Assembly (NCBI GenBank): GCA_045660265.1
Contig: JAZRDM010000017.1
Span: 7,221 to 71,220, forward strand
Length of the DNA: 64,000 nt
Source: Candidatus Scatosoma sp.
GTDB lineage: Bacteria; Bacillota; Clostridia; Christensenellales; Borkfalkiaceae
Direction: 5' to 3'
Numbering within the stretch: the stretch's first letter is position 1; each line of letters begins with the position of its first letter. The notes below the pieces were generated by a model, which saw only the letters and a program-made list of their open reading frames with translations, was not told the origin of the DNA and did no database searches. Below are positions 61,115 through 64,000 of the stretch, in pieces. Position numbers and translations under genes: made by a program.

Positions 61115-62097
61115 GTGTAGAACAGATTCCTCAAGAAGAGGAGAAAACCATAGAAAAATATACGGTTTACACAAAGGCGCCGACTCCCAAGACGGTAAAC
61201 TCTATATTGTTTATTGCCGCGGTTATTATATTTATCGCCGTGGTTCTCTCTTATTTCGTCGAAGATCTCGGCATCTTTGCAAATTTGAGTCTTAAAGAGA
61301 TTACGTTCGGCGGCGCTTGGGTGGCGATTGGTTGTTTTTCGATTTCGGAGATCATAAAGAAAATAGCAATCAATCGCGCCAAACAGACAGATATCTATCG
61401 AGAGATTAAAGAAAAAACAGATAAAAGGTTGGAACGTTATTCGCGCGGAGGATATCTTACTTATGCGAGCGACTATTGCCAAGCGTATAGCGATTTAGCC
61501 TTAAAGGAAGATAGAAAAAATTTTCTCGCTGCGGTTGGAATCGATTATGCTGTATATGAGAGAGACTATCTCGCAAAATCAATGTGGTCTTTGCAACGCA
61601 CGTATAAGCAATTATCGTTTAAGCAACTGGTGGCAATTTCGCAGGCAAACGCCGTTAAGCGTGTTTACTATAATGCTGATTTTTTACGAACGACTGTCAA
61701 GGTCAAGAAGGGAACAGCGCCGTCCGATATGTATAACTCGGAAAAAATGAACACGTGGAAGACGATAAAGAGCTTTGTTATGTCGATAGTTGGCGGTATC
61801 TTTGCTTTTTCTATCGCGCATGATCTCGTCGTTTCGTTTGATATGGCGACGGTCATTGAAGTGGGAATAAAGGTCGCTGTTATTATTATGTCGGGGGCGT
61901 TTTCTGCCGCATTCGGTTGGAACTTGGTTATGGACACAGAAATCAGTAGAATGAATTTGCAACTGGCGGAAAGTAAGGCGTGTATTAAGTGGTCAATAAA
62001 AAAACATCCAGAATATTTTTCTGACAAAGCCGATCCGTTCACTGATGATGATAAAGAGAATTTGCAGGCAAATACAAAAACAGAAGATAAGCAATAA
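61111..62097 (+). CDS. Membrane protein with 2+2 TM helices and a central soluble domain
   Basis: ATGA overlap with the previous gene. Last gene before attR. Confidence 0.5.
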   Translation: MSVEQIPQEEEKTIEKYTVYTKAPTPKTVNSILFIAAVIIFIAVVLSYFVEDLGIFANLSLKEITFGGAWVAIGCFSISEIIKKIAINRAKQTDIYREIKEKTDKRLERYSRGGYLTYASDYCQAYSDLALKEDRKNFLAAVGIDYAVYERDYLAKSMWSLQRTYKQLSFKQLVAISQANAVKRVYYNADFLRTTVKVKKGTAPSDMYNSEKMNTWKTIKSFVMSIVGGIFAFSIAHDLVVSFDMATVIEVGIKVAVIIMSGAFSAAFGWNLVMDTEISRMNLQLAESKACIKWSIKKHPEYFSDKADPFTDDDKENLQANTKTEDKQ

Positions 62098-62159
62098 AAA
62101 GGAGAGAAAAATTCTCTCCTTCAACAACAAAATCTTAACGATATCATGATATCATATTT

Positions 62160-62182
62160 TTTGGGGAACGTTTGGGGAACAA
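62160..62182 (+). repeat. Tandem TTTGGGGAACG / TTTGGGGAACAA (candidate integrase arm-type sites, attR side)
   Basis: Same motif and orientation as 26978-27001, 46 nt inside attR. Confidence 0.6.
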
Positions 62183-62227
62183 TCGCGGAATCCCTTATAA
62201 ATAAAGGGGTTTTTAGGACTTCGGACA

Positions 62228-62252
62228 GGTTCGAATCCGCTTAGCTCCACCA
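62228..62252 (+). repeat. attR core GGTTCGAATCCGCTTAGCTCCACCA (displaced original 3' end of tRNA-Ala)
   Basis: Identical to 26859-26883 and followed by what looks like the native tRNA terminator. Confidence 0.9.
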
Positions 62253-62255
62253 CGG

Positions 62256-62287
62256 AAAAAAGGGACGGTTTTGCCGTCCCTTTTTTC
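62256..62287 (+). terminator. Native tRNA-Ala terminator left at attR
   Basis: AAAAAAGGGACGG-TTTTG-CCGTCCCTTTTTT. Pairing can extend outward to CTCCACCACGG / CCGTGGTGGAG. Confidence 0.65.
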
Positions 62288-62525
62288 CGTGGTGGAGTAT
62301 TCGTAAATCATTCTCAGCACATAATTCTAAATGTTTTTAGGTCTACTTTCAGGTAGAATCTTTAATTTTTTCAGAAAGGCCTTTCTTTAAAAAAGGAAGG
62401 CTTTTCTTTTAATTTTAAATAATCTATAAGACGAAATTATTGTTAATTGATGAAAATTATTTCTCAATTTCTTACTTTTTGAAACAAATATACCTATTTT
62501 ATTGGTGGTATTGTATTTTTTAAGA

Positions 62526-62534
62526 TGATATAAT
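62526..62534 (+). promoter_or_regulatory. Extended -10 element TGATATAAT upstream of the second small-ORF/large-gene unit
   Basis: The same ATGATATAAT string occurs at the 5345 and 4244 promoters. The -35 element is weak. Confidence 0.45.
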
Positions 62535-62576
62535 GAAACAAAAAGTATTTTTTATAAAACGCATAGGAGGGTATCT

Positions 62577-62693
62577 ATGAAAGAAAAATATGAGAAACCC
62601 ATTATACAATTTATAGCTTTTGAGCCTGCGGATGTGCTTACCGTAAGTATTGAAGCTGGCGATAACGTAGTTGAAGATAATATCTTTGATTAA
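62577..62693 (+). CDS. Small acidic peptide ORF (38 aa), paralogue of 5537-5647
   Basis: GGAGG at 62566-62570, ATG at 62577. MKEKYEKPIIQFIAFEPADVLTVSIEAGDNVVEDNIFD. 20 nt upstream of the next gene. Confidence 0.5.
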   Translation: MKEKYEKPIIQFIAFEPADVLTVSIEAGDNVVEDNIFD

Positions 62694-62713
62694 GAAAGGA
62701 GGGAATGTTTAGT

Positions 62714-64000
62714 ATGAAAATTTTATCTAAGATAAAAAGAATTATTCTTTCCGTATGCGCTGTTATTTGCGGCGTATCTTGCGTTGGCGCGGTGGCGGTA
62801 ACAAGTGCTTTTTCAGGTAACGGAAATCAAGTGGTTACCAGCGCAGAAACTGTTGCTAGTGCTTCGGTGTCGGGTTGGTCGATATATAGTAGCAGTACGA
62901 ACCTGCATCAAGTATCCCTTAACTTTGAAGGCTTTAAGGCGTACAATAGTGACGTTACGGCAGACCCTACCGATAGTACGTACGATTTTATCTATAACTA
63001 TATAAAAATCAACGGAAAAACGATTAAAGAAATCAACACGAATACGGACACAAGCCAATGGGAGTGGACTTGGAGTACGCAAAAAAATAATGATAATTAC
63101 AAAAAACCCATTGTTTTAAGAATTCAAAAGACGGAATTCCAGCTTCGTATCCATGATAGCTTCTATCAAGCGGCAATGGCAAGCGACGGGGAATTTGTGA
63201 TTACGTATGATAAAGATTTGACTGTTGCGGGTTACGTTGTTGATGGTGAAACCTCTTATGCGTTAAACAACGGGACTTGGACTAAGGTAGAATCGGCAGC
63301 AATCAAAGCACCTGTTACGGTAGAAGGCTGGTCGACGTATTCCACAAACCTTTTTCGTTTTTCTATTAAGTTCGCAGGTATTGATGCCTACAATGGAGAC
63401 TCTACGGCAGATCCTACCGATAGTGCCTACGATTTTATATACGACTACATAAAAATAAACGGTAAAACGCTTGCGGAAATTAACGAAACGACGGATGTAA
63501 GCAGTTGGACTTGGCTTTGGAGTTCGCAACAAAATAACGATAACTTGAAAAAGCCTGCGATCATGAGAATTCAAAAGACAGAATTCCAGCTTCGTCTGCA
63601 CGAGAACTTCTATAATGCTGTAATGGCAAAGGACGGTAAATTTGTCGTTACTTTTGACGAAGCGTTTACGGTTGCAGGGTACGTGGCAGATAGGGAAGTT
63701 TCCTATCAATTAGACGAAAGCAACGGCACTTGGAGTGAAGTAGTATTACCCAAGGAAGCGCCCGTTACGGTGAGCGGCTGGGCTGCATATACCGGCAATT
63801 TGACTCAGTTAACGATTAACTTCGCTGGTATCAACGCATATAATAGCAGTGCTGCAGCAAATCCTACCGACCCTCAGTATAGCTTTGTTTATAACTATAT
63901 TAAAATTAACGGTAAAACGCTTGCAGAAATTAACGAAGATACGGACACGAGCGGTTGGACTTGGGACTGGAATGTACAAACAACGGAGCCAGATTACCAA
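62714..64000 (+). CDS. Secreted tandem-repeat protein, 3' end outside the window (not in the supplied ORF track)
   Basis: AAGGAGGG then ATG at 62714. Hand translation is open to position 64000. Signal-anchor MKILSKIKRIILSVCAVICGVSCVGAVAVTSAF. At least 2.5 copies of a 150-aa repeat. Confidence 0.8.
   Translation, partial: MKILSKIKRIILSVCAVICGVSCVGAVAVTSAFSGNGNQVVTSAETVASASVSGWSIYSSSTNLHQVSLNFEGFKAYNSDVTADPTDSTYDFIYNYIKINGKTIKEINTNTDTSQWEWTWSTQKNNDNYKKPIVLRIQKTEFQLRIHDSFYQAAMASDGEFVITYDKDLTVAGYVVDGETSYALNNGTWTKVESAAIKAPVTVEGWSTYSTNLFRFSIKFAGIDAYNGDSTADPTDSAYDFIYDYIKINGKTLAEINETTDVSSWTWLWSSQQNNDNLKKPAIMRIQKTEFQLRLHENFYNAVMAKDGKFVVTFDEAFTVAGYVADREVSYQLDESNGTWSEVVLPKEAPVTVSGWAAYTGNLTQLTINFAGINAYNSSAAANPTDPQYSFVYNYIKINGKTLAEINEDTDTSGWTWDWNVQTTEPDYQ
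62861..64000 (+). repeat. In-frame 450-nt tandem repeats (starts ~62861, 63311, 63761)
   Basis: CC(T/C)GTTACGG recurs at 63311 and 63761. Protein repeat: V.GW..Y......F.I.F.G..AYN...ADPTDS.YDFIY.YIKINGKT..EIN..TD.S.W.W.WS.Q.NND..KKP...RIQKTEFQLR.H..FY.A.MA.DG.FV.T. Confidence 0.85.

Larger units (their letters stand above)
26859..62252. mobile_element. Integrated temperate phage (~35.4 kb) in the 3' end of tRNA-Ala(CGC)
   Basis: 25-bp direct repeat at both ends, with the integrase next to attL. Gene order: switch, replication, packaging, head, tail, terminal membrane-protein genes. Confidence 0.9.

Overview
Chromosome segment of a low-GC Gram-positive-type (Bacillota-like) bacterium, judged from GGAGG ribosome-binding sites, several perfect TTGACA-17-TATAAT promoters and the rpsD-rpoA-rplQ gene order.

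Host DNA, 1-26.9 kb:
- the end of the ribosomal alpha operon and a single-chain L-serine dehydratase;
- a minus-strand four-tRNA operon (Asp-Phe-Thr-Tyr);
- a 10.6-kb gene for a ~3,500-aa secreted protein built from large internal duplications, preceded by a 36-codon acidic ORF;
- feoA-feoB, a Cys-rich partner gene and a DtxR-family regulator;
- a histidine phosphatase;
- a TetR-headed, tightly packed six-gene operon of redox, hydrolase and membrane proteins.

Prophage, 26,859-62,252: a tRNA-Ala(CGC) gene at 26,808-26,883 is the attachment site of a ~35.4-kb prophage bounded by a 25-bp direct repeat. Its gene order is integrase, CI/Cro-like switch, replication/recombination genes, a PcfK/PcfJ-like pair, AbrB-, SSB- and ArpU-like genes, terminase, portal, a MuF-toxin fusion with a small immunity candidate, scaffold, capsid, connector and tail genes, a tail fibre with BspA-type leucine-rich repeats, and three terminal membrane proteins.

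Host DNA after attR: a second small acidic ORF and a secreted tandem-repeat protein gene (62,714 to the window end). This gene is open-ended and absent from the ORF track.

Best candidates for an undescribed system are two visibly AT-rich, self-contained cassettes inside the prophage:
1. 39,877-40,939: an ImmA/IrrE-type Zn-peptidase translationally coupled to a 2-TM protein, lying between the late regulator and the terminase.
2. 51,068-52,146: a small basic protein overlapping a tail-anchored helical protein with an Rx4H motif. It has its own consensus promoter, operator-like direct repeats and terminator, and sits inside the tail-gene block.

Other notable signals:
- a 16-bp TTGCA-N6-TGCAA hairpin/palindrome at six prophage module boundaries;
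- TTTGGGGAACAA arm repeats next to both att sites;
- an apparent TerS-TerL fusion;
- no recognisable endolysin or tape-measure gene.

All family assignments come from motifs read by eye and need HMM or structure searches to confirm.
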